Notes: generated by a model from the sequence alone, not told the origin. DNA of 64,000 nucleotides from Oopsacas minuta (GCA_024704765.1 JAKMXF010000088.1:558001-622000); one strand, 5' to 3'; positions 19,501 to 31,916 are shown, counted from the first letter of the stretch. Program-made: numbers and translations.

Positions 19501-22500
19501 CGGTACCATATTGCTCTTCTCCAATAGCAGAGGATAATGATAACCCTGTTATTCTCAGAGAACAAGATATACATAAATTACAAGGTAATATATACGTATA
19601 TACATACAGCAGAACGTCGAAATAGCGGCCACAGTCTCTCGTTATATCGAAGCTCAAGAAACCGCGATAATTCCTTTGATATAGCCGAGGAAATATATTT
19701 AACTTTAACAGGAGTCGCTAGTTGACTGTATAGATACTACTGCTTATATCCTAGTAACTATACTGGTATAATGGAATTTGGTTTATTATGTTCTTTATTT
19801 TGTGTATAGAACCAATACCTAGTGTAGTGGAAGCAATCAGAAGTTCTAGTCCGTATTCTACAACCTCTACTTTAGAAAGGAACCATGGACACAGTAGACG
19901 CTCTGGATTCTATCCAGACTGTGGTGATATTACTCTAGGTAATTATTAGTAAGTAATAACCGGATTCTACTGTTGATGTTTTTGTTTAGAAAAGTTGAAG
20001 AGCTTGGCTATAAACCAAGAATTTGATGATGCAGAATTTCCTACAGAAGATCTAATCGGTCACAACATGGAACATGTTCTTCCATCTCCTATTAAAGAGG
20101 TAGAAACACCTGAACACACCCCCAATGGCCCTGAGACTGCAGAAGAGAGTTTTATGACAGCTAAAAGTGAATCCTTCGATTTATCTACATTAGAATTAGG
20201 AAAAATATCTAGAGAAATGGAAGTTATATTAGCTGAGCTGAATACTGGAGGAGATAAGTCTACGGTAAGAATAGTAGAGTCGTAATTGTCATTTTGACGT
20301 GATTTAACTGAATTGAGGCCTGTTATTGATTAGTTGAGTTTCGCTGATAGAATGTTGAAATAATGATAATATACATGCGACAGGTAAACTTGATGCGGGC
20401 GGTGGAAATCAAACAAGTTTCCAACTAACAGTAACTTTATATATTAAATTTCTTTAGCCATCAGTTACAAGAAATATCAGAACATCTGGGGAAGCTAGTA
20501 ACTACAGTGAACAGGAAATTACAGAAACTCTCCTTCAAGTTGGAGATTTTACAAGGGATGAGGAGAAATACATTAAAGTTAATGGAGATTTATTAGATGA
20601 CGTCACGGATAACCATGAAGTAGTGTTGAGAGAGAAACACGTACAAATAAATGATAGCATGGAATCCAATGAAGATATTAATGAGAATGGAGATGATGGT
20701 ATTGAAGGTTTGGATCTTTTTGAAAAAGATCGTTTTGCATGGAGGGAATCTACGATACATGAAGAGGCGACAAGAAACGCTTCTTCACCTCATGAATCGG
20801 ATTTAGATGAGGTTATAGACTCCATTGAGAGATTAGTCTCCAGGCCGTGGGTCAAAAAAATGAATCCTTGGAAAAATGAGGACAGACAAATGATTAAATT
20901 TACATCAACGATAAAAGGCTTCTTCGTGATACAGCAAGATGAATACACTGCTAGATGGATGCGGTCATCATCACCTACTCCTTCCGGTTAGATAGAAATG
21001 TAACTTGTTTTACAGTATAACTCGGATAAGACGTCCATACTATCCGAGTTCTACTATAGATTAAACGATACGAATATTCAGTTGTTTATATGTTATGTAT
21101 TATGCAGTTAGAAGCGAGATTCTTGTTGCCCTCTTAGATCAAGAAATTTTATTTATTGACATCACTAAACCAGAGTAAGTTTGTTTGTTTATTTATTTAT
21201 TGCTGCATATTATGCAGGTAACTCTCGTTATATCGAAGCTCAGGAACCGCTATAATTAGTGTGATATAACCGATGGAGTATATGTTACTCTGACGGTTTG
21301 GGACCATATTTGTACATGTTAGATATATAATCGAGAGTTGGCTGTAATTGTATTTATAATATTCTAGTTATCCACTGGTTATGCCACCATACCTCACTAA
21401 TATTCACAGCTCCCCTGTCACATGCTCTCTCCTTTTGGATAACTTAGCTTCTGTTGAGTACAAGCTACTGAAACAGCTTGGAGCTGCACAGATTAATCAG
21501 CTGTACGCTGCTACTAATGTAGTGAGTTGATATTGTAGCAGTTAATACAGTATAGCTTGAGGTTATATTTGAATTTCAATAGGAATGGCCTTTCACTGGT
21601 GGTGAAGTTAAGGAAGAATTTTCTAGAGAATTAACAGTGATATTTATTACTGGGTTTGTTTGTTTGTTTGTTTGTTTGTTTGTTTGTTTATTAATTTGTT
21701 CGTACACACAGACACGAGAATGGTACAGTCAAATTCTGGGACATAACAGGAGGTAAATATTTCAAAAACAAGGCTCCTCTGTAACAATTATAAATACACT
21801 ATCACAGGTTCATTATCGCTTATATACTGTCTCTACACTAACTACCTGTTTGATTTGGGGGTTAACAGAAGTACGCCTGGAGTTCTAACCGAGAACAGAC
21901 TGGAGGGGATACAGAGGGGATTCTGGGACCCTTATGCTGAGGACTGTAGGCTTAAAGTGACTAGTTTATGCTGTTATGATGCTGTCCTGGCTGTAGGCGG
22001 TGCTGGAGGACAAGTTATACTGTTTGAACTTACTCATGAGCTTGTTACCCCTTCAGTGTTTGTAAGTTATGTATAATTAAGGCCATTGTTAGTTGGAAAC
22101 TTGTTTCATTTCCATTGCCCGCATCAAGTTATTATTATTAAATTAGAAGAATTGTAGTCTGTGAGATGTCTTCTCGTCCCCTACAACAATACGACCCTCT
22201 TCATCAATGTCAATGCCATGAGGATAACAGAATTCTCCTGTTCCTGTCCCTTCATGTCGAATAGTAGACACATTTGTCCCTCTATAGAGATTACTTCAAT
22301 GTTATGAGTTCCCATGTCACTATAATGTTCTGGTGTCTGTCTAGATAGATATGGATAGGATTAGTGAGTAGTTCTTCTGACGCAATCACTTGAAAGAGGT
22401 TCCCATCTCTTGAAAATAATTGTATGAGCTAGGTGACTTCTTAAACAGGACTACGAATAGAGATGGAGTTGTTCTTAGGTCCCAGAGCCTTGTGTCTTGT

Positions 22501-25500
22501 GTCTTGTGTTATGTGTGGAGAGTTAAGTGTTGTTATCTTAATTATATTCAAGTCCTCCAAACTGTAATGAGCTATGTGATTAACTTCACGCATTCTTGTA
22601 TGCAGTGTATCTACGTCAGCTGTAATACCGGATATTGTATAACCTGTTTCTACTTGACACATTATTTCTCCTGACACTTTATCCAGCTTAAGGAAATTTT
22701 CTACACATCTGCAAACAGCTGATGAGGAGTTACTGTTATTTCATGAGGACAAGACATTACATACGGTTTTACGGTCCTCTTATAGGAGCCATCTTTACAG
22801 AACACCTGAATCTTATGAATCTCATAATAATACACATAAACATCTCCATTACTTTTATCTATTGAGAGACCAGTAGGATCATATATCTCATTACTTCTAC
22901 TTCCTTTAGTGGCACCAGACCACACTGGTTTGTGCCTGTTCGCGTAGGACACACGCGACACAATCCTCCCATGCCAAATTCAAACCACTTGTCATGCTAT
23001 TCGAGCCACACAGATGGAATCCACTCAACAATCGCCTCAGTCTTTGGATTTCATTGTCTAGCTCCCTTGATATATTTTCCATAAGAGCATTCAAATCATT
23101 ATGCACCAAATTTTGTGTAACCTCAGCTTTGGTGATTCTCAGCTGATCCAGCTTGTTCTGATTGCAATTTATCTACTATACAATCTGTGAGATTGTTTAG
23201 TAGATAAAATTTTATCAGAGGACACTGTGACATGTAGGAGCTAGTTTTCAGTTAATCTTAAGAAAAGAAAACTCATCTCTAGCAACCAAATCATTCATTG
23301 ATATGTTAACCACATTCCATCAGGTGCTTCATAGCAACAATACAATATGTTGTGAGGTTAATGACTCAACTTAATTTTTAGAAATATTATTAATCCATTT
23401 TGTTTGTTTGTATTTAGCAACTAGACGGAGTGCTATTAGAAGAAGACATCAGGATACGTCATAGACCAGGCTTACAGCCGCTACACTTCAAATCCCCGCA
23501 TGATCCTGACAGGGGTTATGTGCCTATATTCTTTTTCCAGATGTCACCTGCTAGTCCTATTACAGCGCTAGAGATGGCACACAAATTCTCATTGTATGTA
23601 TTCTTCATTTTATGGGATATATCGAAGTTAAAGGGACCGCGATAATTCGATAACTGGAGTTGAAATTCTAACATTTGTATTCAGTGATTATCGATTATAA
23701 AACACCCTTTGGAACATCAAAATATGTTCTTATAACCATATATATTATACGTACACGAATATATGAGAACTGTTCCCCAGAGGATAGTTCTTATAAGCGA
23801 TACCCACTCAGGGGCGGTCCCAGGATGGCCACTGTACCCACTGTATTTATATTGATTAATGCTATTCCTATAGAGTTGCAGTTGGTTGTTCTTACGGTCT
23901 AGCTGTTATAGATGTTGAGAAGAGATCTATTGTATTTACGCATACAACATTTGAGGAAGGTAAGTAACTGATATTAAGAGTTTGTATAGATTCTGTCTTG
24001 AGCCCAGAATTAATGGATACAGAACCTGAACCTCGATTATCCGAACACGTTGAGACGTACCGAGACCGAGCTGCAAAATACAGAAATTGGTTCCCAATTG
24101 TGTCCCAATTTCTATTAATACTAACACAAGTTACCTGTTGTACATGGGGGATTATTTGGAAGTACCAAGAGACGTATATACACTAATTGTAAACGCTAAA
24201 ATATTCAACACAAGTAGTAATATTAATTCAAGTATATGATCAGTAAATATTCAAGGTTCATTAATTAATGCATAACAACCACAAAGAATGTACATATATC
24301 TATACTCCAGTGGATTTAAGAGGGGACTTAAAACTCTCACAGATATTGTCCTAACCACCTGAACCCCTCTCCATATCCATACTCCTTCATGACAGAGCAC
24401 ATATACAATTCTATAGGACGGATACGTGTATCTGTTATCGCAGTTTTACCCGTTGTTTGGAGTTGGAAAAACATTCTTAATTCTTCTTCTGACGCCGCTC
24501 CAGGTCTGTCTACTTTATTGCCTAGGATCAGCACAGGGGCATTAGCAACCTGTAAGGGAGAATGGAATGTTAAAATACATTTCTAATTGAATATATAACC
24601 GGAGTTTACTGTCTTATATAACACAGCGGTTCTGAACCTGGGGTCCGCAGGTGAGAACCACTGATATAACACATTCCAAACTAACCTGCTCGTCTCTAAG
24701 CAGAGAATCCAACTCAATCTTTGACTCTTCAAATCTGCTCCTATCAAATGCATCGATAATAAACACAATCGCGTCTACAGCTGGGAAGTATTGTTTCCAG
24801 ACAATCCGTGCTTGCTCGTGCCCTCCTAAATCATAAGTAGTGAATGTTATCCCTCCTAATGAAAGCACCTCTTTCGTCGGATGTGTAGTAGGCACATGTT
24901 GACCTAGTTTCCCGTCCCGTAGCATATGTAGGAGAGTTGTTTTACCGGCGTTATCAATCCCCAAGAAGACCAGCTTTCCGCTGCGGCCCCATAAACCCAG
25001 AGAGTTCAATACACTACTAAACCACCCTGAAATAGAACTGAATATCCAAGACATAATTCCTTCGTTTAATTCTCCTAATTTCTAATGCTATTATAAGTAT
25101 ATTGGGTGAATAGGCAACGTTGTAGATCTTACGTCAAACAGCAATGATATTCCTTATTGAATAGATTTACAACTAAGGATTACCAGTAACGAGTTTGTAA
25201 GGGAAATCGTTTAGAATTATGAATTATACAACCATGGGTTAGTTATGAAATGTCAGTTGTAGTATTATTGACTCTCTGGTCTCCCAATGGAGAATTTTGT
25301 TTAACTTTTCTTATAGAATCTAACGTAATATATTTGCATAAAAGATACGAAATCCCATTTGGGCGCGTTTCGGCGGGACATAACTCGATATATGTCCAAA
25401 TAAGTGGGAAGCCCCGGCCGAATTCGGTCCAGATTGCAAGAAAATTCCTTATTTGTTCCCTACAAGCATGCGAAGCTTACTTGGGCTCAACGGTCTGCGG

Positions 25501-27958
25501 ACACTTTGTGTAACGCGGAAAGCACTACTATACGAAATTTTGCATTCAAATTAGCTCTGAATTCTGATAGGTTATGAAATTTTGTCACCTATCTCAGAGA
25601 GTATTTGAGATATCGCTTAGATCTTTGAAAGTGTTCCTAGATTTATCACATTCCACACACATGCGAATTTTCAAGTTTTTAGCCCTTACCAGTTTCTCTA
25701 TCAATTCCAAACAGAGCAATTGAATTTTAATAACAAATATTCTATACAACCAATAACCTGAACTATATATTACAGGTCAGATAGCCGATGACTCTAGTCT
25801 CAATAGGAGACATTCCATGAGACAGTCCTTTAGACAAAGTTTCAGGAATCTAAGACGCGCTGGTTCAGGCCGTAGATCCCGTGCGGTTTATTCTAGCATG
25901 AGAGGACGTCCCTCTATGAGGGGTGCACACGGTAGGGGGACTATTCCTATCCACCCCATTGCTCAACAGAGCCAGCAAGGCAACGCCCTTACAGTAGTAA
26001 AATGTCTTACTTTCACTACAACATTTATATCTGGTAAGTTAACTGTCACATTTAAAATATCCTACAATTTTCGAAAATCGCTAGATTTACAAGTATCATA
26101 TCCATATATAGCATTTCCGAGAAATTACAGTCACCTCCCGTTATATCTAAGCTCAAGAGACCGCGATAATTCGATATTTGTACAATTTCAAACTTAGATA
26201 TAACGGGAGGTGACTGTATAGGGGAAAGGCAAAAACTCGGTTACAAACAAACACTAGAATTATATAGAGACCCATAATCGCATACAATTGCTTGTAGGTA
26301 GCAACGCACAACTATGCCTATGGGCTGGAACAAGTGAAGGTAGTGTTCTAAGGATGTCTATATCTGTTCCCTCTAAGGGTAATAGAAAGAATAGAATTAC
26401 AGAAGTAAATCTAGTCGGTAAACCTCTGTATCTGAGGAGGGCATCTGCTCTAACTCGTATTACTGTGTTGGATGCTGCTAACCAAGTACAGCTACCTGTT
26501 GGAGCTAAGGGTAAGCAAATAATCGCATACCAATTTTCCTAAAACGCAATCATACTTATTACAAATGCGGTCGCCAATCCTTGGCTTCCTGGCTTTATAT
26601 TTATCCATGGTTAATTGCAAAAAATACACTGTGGATAAGATATTCAATAAACAAATAACTTACATAGCTCAGCTTTACTATAGTACAGATTTGTGTATTA
26701 ACTTTTCTATCTTCGAGGAAAGGTCATTTTTTCGGATTAATGAAAGTCACCTTTTCGAATGAGGGTACTGGGTTTGTATTGCAAAAACTGTACTCTACAA
26801 TGCCTCAGCTATATATGAGGAATCTTTCAATAACTTTAGATGATACTATAGATATTGCTGTAGCTATTCATAAATCTTTTATCACCTTTTAGGGATAAGA
26901 GGCCCTCACACTGTCTTGATGTGTTCTGAAGATTATATTAAGGTATTCTCCCCTAAGTTGTTTAATACGTATTATACGTATTCAATCTACAATTGTTAGT
27001 GGCGTCACTTCTAGTAGGAAGATTTCTGCCATAAATATTTTGCATCAAAACCATAGCTCTCGAATTGTTAATGAGAAATCTCAGCATATTTGACCAATAC
27101 AAATGTAACAAAACTCATATTTCGAGGGTAATGTATTATATAACACATCTTGATAACGATCAATTTTAGATAATGAATCTGCCGGGGATGAAAAAGAAGA
27201 GTAAAGAGAGACTCAGAATCGATGAAAATGATGACTTACGTCTGATTAGAACTGAGCTTTTGAGTGTTAACGGTAACTTAATAATATACATATAGTAGAC
27301 TCTGCTGGAACGTTAATATATCATGAATTACGTATTTCCAACAGGTGTTATGTGTTTAACTACCCTGGACACTGAAGGACAGCTGAGTATATACTCCCTG
27401 CCTGACATGAAGCTGCTCTATAGAATACCTATCATAGAACCTACAGATTGCAGGTAGAGATATGTTTAGAAATTTCTGTCATATGATTCCATAATTCCGT
27501 ATTAATACTCGTTAACAACAAACAAACGAACAACACCCATTTATTATCATTATTATTATTGTTGTTGTTTATAGAGCACTGAAGAGTATGTGTATGACAC
27601 CTTCTGGTCTAATAATATCACAATCAAGTCAACTTCAGTTCCAGAAATATTCTCTCATTGAAATATCTAGGTTAGTTTACCATATCGAAACTCAAGGGAC
27701 CGCTCAAGGGACTGCTTAATAGGGACATAACACCTTTATTCACCTAATTGGGAATGTCGAACTGTGAATATAACTTAGTAACAAACTAACACTCAAGAAT
27801 GTATATTTGAATCATCTCTATTACTTTTATTGTACACATCTTTCTAATAGATTTCTTCGTATTGCTACGCTTGGAGAAGGAGTCAGCTCACCAAAGTATG
27901 TTATGTTGGAAATCTTATTAGTAATCTAATTAGTGTCTATTCTAGTATTCAGCTCTGA
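16507..27958 (+). CDS. LLGL: Lethal(2) giant larvae homolog (Lgl; WD40 double propeller), more than 20 exons
   Basis: Exons give [62 protein letters not shown], the aPKC/polybasic site [18 protein letters not shown] (25810-25860), CLWAGTSEG and [10 protein letters not shown]. No R-SNARE tail. Start (16507 or 16522) and last exon are uncertain. Confidence 0.9.
18310..18345. repeat. (AAAC)9 microsatellite; reads (GUUU)n in the IFT20 3' region
   Basis: Direct reading of the sequence. Confidence 0.9.
18428..18817 (-). CDS. IFT20: Intraflagellar transport protein 20, intronless, nested antisense in an Lgl intron
   Basis: [16 protein letters not shown]...LRDECRSF...EKEKLRAIG...EIDQF matches IFT20 over its full length (129 aa). 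Confidence 0.92.
   Translation of the reverse strand: MQKQNPKIFFDELDKLCVVNPEVTGDSTKLRDECRSFLDSVEEFQTVISGFINKIDKLGNLVEKEKLRAIGMRIKLFSAERMREERKQELVIQADEKRNKLDRLVKELESWKQCEKEQIEEIDQFSNLN
19192..19357. mobile_element. Family-A MITE (Lgl intron)
   Basis: cagccaactcctattatatcgaac...caggagtcgacta. Confidence 0.82.
19632..19728. mobile_element. Family-A MITE (Lgl intron)
   Basis: cagtctctcgttatatcgaagctc...gttgactg|ta. Confidence 0.8.
21215..21344. mobile_element. Family-A MITE (Lgl intron)
   Basis: Both termini and the gacggtttgggaccatatttgtaca core are present. Confidence 0.82.
22143..23200 (-). pseudogene. Frameshifted coiled-coil + NHL-repeat (TRIM/brat-like) gene relic in an Lgl intron
   Basis: Pieces in different frames: [26 protein letters not shown]; [19 protein letters not shown]; [29 protein letters not shown]. 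Frame breaks near 22960 and 22690. Confidence 0.75.
24337..25054 (-). CDS. SAR1: SAR1 GTPase (COPII), 2 exons (25054-24686, 24549-24337), nested antisense in an Lgl intron
   Basis: [43 protein letters not shown] and [12 protein letters not shown] motifs; in-frame GT-AG intron. Confidence 0.96.
24624..24663. mobile_element. 40-bp hAT-type mini-MITE in the SAR1 intron
   Basis: cagcggttct...agaaccactg termini flanked on both sides by the identical 8-mer atataaca. Confidence 0.85.
26128..26216. mobile_element. Family-A MITE (Lgl intron)
   Basis: ta|cagtcacctcccgttatatctaag...ttagatataacgggaggtgactg|ta; near-perfect TIR. Confidence 0.9.
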
Positions 27959-28362
27959 TTTATGAGATTTAATTTGAAGAATCAGCTGATTTCTTTTATT
28001 GGGGAACGTTGTATTGGTCACAGGAATAATCCACATATATTTGCAAATACAGACAGAACCATGGAAACTATTTCCATGGTTATGTCTGGGGATTCGATGA
28101 CCCTAATATTTTGAATTTAACCTCCTTCCAGGTCGGAGAAGAGCTCCCAGTCATTTCATTCACAGAAACTTATTTAAACAGACACATACACCAGAACTTC
28201 CAAAGTTCATTTTACAAGACACAAATACTTTTTACATCCCCTTCATGTATTTACTCTCTAATCTCACACCGTCACTTTTCACTAAATAAACTCCAAAACT
28301 ATTTTAGTTAAGAAATGTATTAACAAATATTTACTCAATAATTATAGGAAACTCTATGTTTA

Positions 28363-28405
<43 letters not shown>

Positions 28406-29378
28406 TGTATACTGGATGAGTTAATTATTAAACTGTTACACTGAATTCTTATTTACTTAATTGTTAGGCAAAAGGAACTACAGTAGACTCCGCTAATCGT
28501 GTCAAAATAGCTGCTTGCATAGAAGTACAGCAGATGCCGGTTATCAGAACATACCGGTATAACCATCATCCTCTGAAACGGTTCTCATATATTCCTGTAT
28601 ATTTATACCGGTTATAAGCACATGTATTGCTACTCCCAAGGGTGTTCTTATAACCTGCATACGCTGTACACAATTCTGTTAGAATATAACAGTAGTAAAC
28701 AACTGAATGATGTGCTACAACTAAGCATGAATTGTGTATAGATATCATTGCACAATTGCTAGCTGTATAATTCCTGTATATCATACGTAGTTGGTGGAGA
28801 AATGGGTGTCTATTACTCAAGAATTGAACTTGAGGGTGGAACGAGATAAGATAGCTCAAATGACACAATTATAATTATGAATACAGCCAACTTCACATTA
28901 TAACAAACACAGATATGCTGGTAAATCCGTATTAACGAGGTTCCATTGTATATCAGTATACTATATAACGGGAATAATAGACTGTATATATCTCGTGAAT
29001 ATCCAGAATATTGTATTAACCGAGAACCCATTGTATTACTGCAATTAATCACGCGTGGCAGCTATAATAGTGACCTTATCAAAATGTCGAATAATTGCAA
29101 ATAATAGTATAAGAGAATCAATAGTAATTTGAGTACTTTTGTGAAAACTGAGTCTTATTACATCAAAAAGTGTCAAATATTATTATTAATTGTTGTCTAC
29201 TTATCACACCTTGTGTTTGTTTACGTCGCGGCATGTAAAGCCGTCCTCAACGAATTCTAAAGAGATCAGTAAGCTATTTTGTAGGTGGAAAGCGGGAACA
29301 ATGAGATTAGGCTTAAATGAAAGTATATAAAGGTAACTTTATTAAAAATTCATTTGAAAGTTGATAATTTTGATAAAA

Positions 29379-31733
29379 ATGTGTGATTGCTGTACAACGA
29401 AGGAAAGGAAAGAGAATGTGGGGGAGAAGTTAAAATATGATCCGAAATTTACAGGGCCTGTGCGTTGGTCTAAACGGGTCCCAACCGACGTGTTGTGTAT
29501 CCTGTTGTTCTGTTTTTTCTGGGTAGGAATGATCGTCATTGCATTCTATTCGTTTGTAGAGGGCACTCCTAGCAGATTACTGCATCCAGTTGATTCTAGA
29601 GGGCGGTTATGCGGTGTAGACGCGGGGGTTGAGGACAAACCCCTTCTTTTCTTCTTTGACTTGACTAGCTGTGCTAATATCTATCGTACTGTTATAAACT
29701 CCGGAATTACGAATCTCTCCCTCGATACATCCAACTTATTCTCCTGTCCTACCCCCCAGGTTTGTGTGTCTTCTTGTCCCAATGAGACCATCACGGGTAT
29801 CACGAATAATCCAATTTGTGTCGACGAAGTGGATACGACACAATTTCAGGGGATAAGTCTAGAAGGATTAACCGATATTACGACGATCCCAGCCGCGGGG
29901 GATCTGTTACAAGAGATCGTTGCAGGACGTTGCGCGCCGTATTATGTACTTAGCACAAATATCGCTGATAGATGCATTCCAACCTTCGTTTCCGTGGAAA
30001 CGGCAACTGGCACATTCCTTGACTTCAACTCAACGGTTGATCAATACCAATTGAATTCTTCTATATCTATTCAGGATATACAGGACGGGACATTAGCTAT
30101 TGCACTGATAGTTAATTTCCGTCAGTTTCTGATTGATATTTACCGCGATTTGACTATCGTGTGGCCGTATTTGCTCGGAGGCCTCTTGCTATCTGCACTT
30201 GTCCCGTTCTTGTATATTGTCTTAATGCGTTGGCTAGCTTGGGTAATCGTTATAGCGGGTATAATATTTACATATCTTGTTCTAGCTGGAATCACCGGGT
30301 TTTCCTTTTACCAATTCTGGCGGTTCGAAACTAACGCGAATGATACGAATGTTGTGTCGAATGCGTTCAGTGCGGCCTTCCAACAGCTCTTACCCTGGTG
30401 GCGTTACCAACGGGAGACTTGGTTGGCTTTGGGGATAATTTTCGCGGTTGTTTTTCTAATTTTGACTCTCCTTCTAATCTTCCTAATCCCACGAATAATC
30501 CTAGCTATAAAGATTATCGTCCAAGCCTCACGTGCAGTTAGTAGCCTCTGGTCATCACTTTTCTATCCGTTCATAACCTGGATACTGCTTGGGGTGATAG
30601 CTATTTATTATATCGTAATTGCAGTGTTCCTCGTCACAGCAACAGAAAAACAATTTAGTATCGTAACGAATGATACAATCCCTGCTTTGTATAGAACATT
30701 CATAAATCAAGCAGGCAACAATTTTACATATGAGAATGGTTCTTTATGTGATATAGATCAGTTTACAGAGTTGAATGCGAATTCTATTACAAACGACACG
30801 CGACTGATTACATTCATAAACGATCAGAATCAAAATGTTACTGCCACGCTTAGCTGTACTTTCCTGCAATTCTTTACAAGTAATCTTTTAATATTCGCTC
30901 AGTTCTATCACCTATTTGGTCTCTTCTGGACAGCTAATTATATCGTAGCTCTTGGGGAGTGTGCATTGGCTGGGGGATTCGCTGTTTGGTACTGGTCACC
31001 TGTTGTCAAGGGGAACAGACGCACCCCTTGGTTCCCGGTGCAGAAATCCTCATTAGTAGCCTTCATTTATCATTCAGGGTCTCTCGCGTTCGGAGCGCTA
31101 ATAATCGCGATAATACAGCTGATCCGTGCAATACTAGCATACGCACAACGACAGTTAAAGAAACACAAAGAATTGAAAGTTATCCAGTACGTGCTATGTG
31201 CGCTTGGATGTCTGTTCTTCATCTTAGAGAAAATACTGCGATATGTGAATAGAATGGCTTATATAGAGATTGCCATATATGGTTATGGGTTCTGCAGAGG
31301 AGCTTATCATGCTGTAACACTTCTACTTAGAAATGTGGTCCGTGCGGCTGTGAAGGATCGTGTAGCACACTTTATCTTGTTTTTAGGGAAACTGGCCTGT
31401 GTGGGGTTAGTCGCGGTTGTAAGCTATCTATTCTTCGGTGAATATAACGAAACATTGGGTGCTAGTCTCTGGGGAAGACCATTGAACTTCTACCTTGTCC
31501 CGATTATTATTCTAGTATTCGCAACATATCTAATCGCATCAGGATTTTTGGATACTTACGGGATGGCAATCGATACTCTGTTTATTTGTGTATTAGAAGA
31601 TATGGAAAGGAACGACGGATCGGCTGGAAAAGAATATCGGTTCGATTCTAAACTCAAAAACGCGTATGTTGAGGAAGGCAAGGAAAAAGGAGAACTGGAA
31701 GAACCAAGCGAAGAAAAGAAGAAAAAGAAATGA
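29379..31733 (+). CDS. SLC44A: Choline transporter-like protein (SLC44A2/4/5 clade), intronless
   Basis: R.PTDVLCILLF, CPTPQVCVSSCP, YHSGSLAFGALII, RMAYIEIAIYGYGFC, AIDTLFICVLEDMERNDGS and a basic C-terminus; about 10 TM helices. Confidence 0.95.
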   Translation: MCDCCTTKERKENVGEKLKYDPKFTGPVRWSKRVPTDVLCILLFCFFWVGMIVIAFYSFVEGTPSRLLHPVDSRGRLCGVDAGVEDKPLLFFFDLTSCANIYRTVINSGITNLSLDTSNLFSCPTPQVCVSSCPNETITGITNNPICVDEVDTTQFQGISLEGLTDITTIPAAGDLLQEIVAGRCAPYYVLSTNIADRCIPTFVSVETATGTFLDFNSTVDQYQLNSSISIQDIQDGTLAIALIVNFRQFLIDIYRDLTIVWPYLLGGLLLSALVPFLYIVLMRWLAWVIVIAGIIFTYLVLAGITGFSFYQFWRFETNANDTNVVSNAFSAAFQQLLPWWRYQRETWLALGIIFAVVFLILTLLLIFLIPRIILAIKIIVQASRAVSSLWSSLFYPFITWILLGVIAIYYIVIAVFLVTATEKQFSIVTNDTIPALYRTFINQAGNNFTYENGSLCDIDQFTELNANSITNDTRLITFINDQNQNVTATLSCTFLQFFTSNLLIFAQFYHLFGLFWTANYIVALGECALAGGFAVWYWSPVVKGNRRTPWFPVQKSSLVAFIYHSGSLAFGALIIAIIQLIRAILAYAQRQLKKHKELKVIQYVLCALGCLFFILEKILRYVNRMAYIEIAIYGYGFCRGAYHAVTLLLRNVVRAAVKDRVAHFILFLGKLACVGLVAVVSYLFFGEYNETLGASLWGRPLNFYLVPIIILVFATYLIASGFLDTYGMAIDTLFICVLEDMERNDGSAGKEYRFDSKLKNAYVEEGKEKGELEEPSEEKKKKK

Positions 31734-31894
31734 TACGATTAGCTATTTGACTTTGTGATTTATCGTATTCGTTTACATCACGTACGTATAAGCTATATCC
31801 TGTTTGTTTGTATATTATTCAAGTTCGTTGATGTTTACATTTACAACTTTAAAGTGCTAAATAGCGTCTTATAACTTCCACAAATGGGGTGACA

Positions 31895-31916
31895 GGGACG
31901 CCGAAAATGCTACCCC
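31895..31916. repeat. Dispersed repeat motif gggacgccgaaaatgctacccc (probable DNA-transposon end)
   Basis: Also seen, in either orientation, near 41297, 44540, 52130 and 61481. Confidence 0.6.

Noticed and set aside
19734-19765. Candidate 32-nt Lgl microexon
   Set aside because: Including it shifts the frame; the flanking exons already join in phase 1.
16507-27958. Tomosyn (STXBP5) as an alternative identity
   Set aside because: The aPKC serine cluster typical of Lgl is present and no C-terminal R-SNARE is seen.
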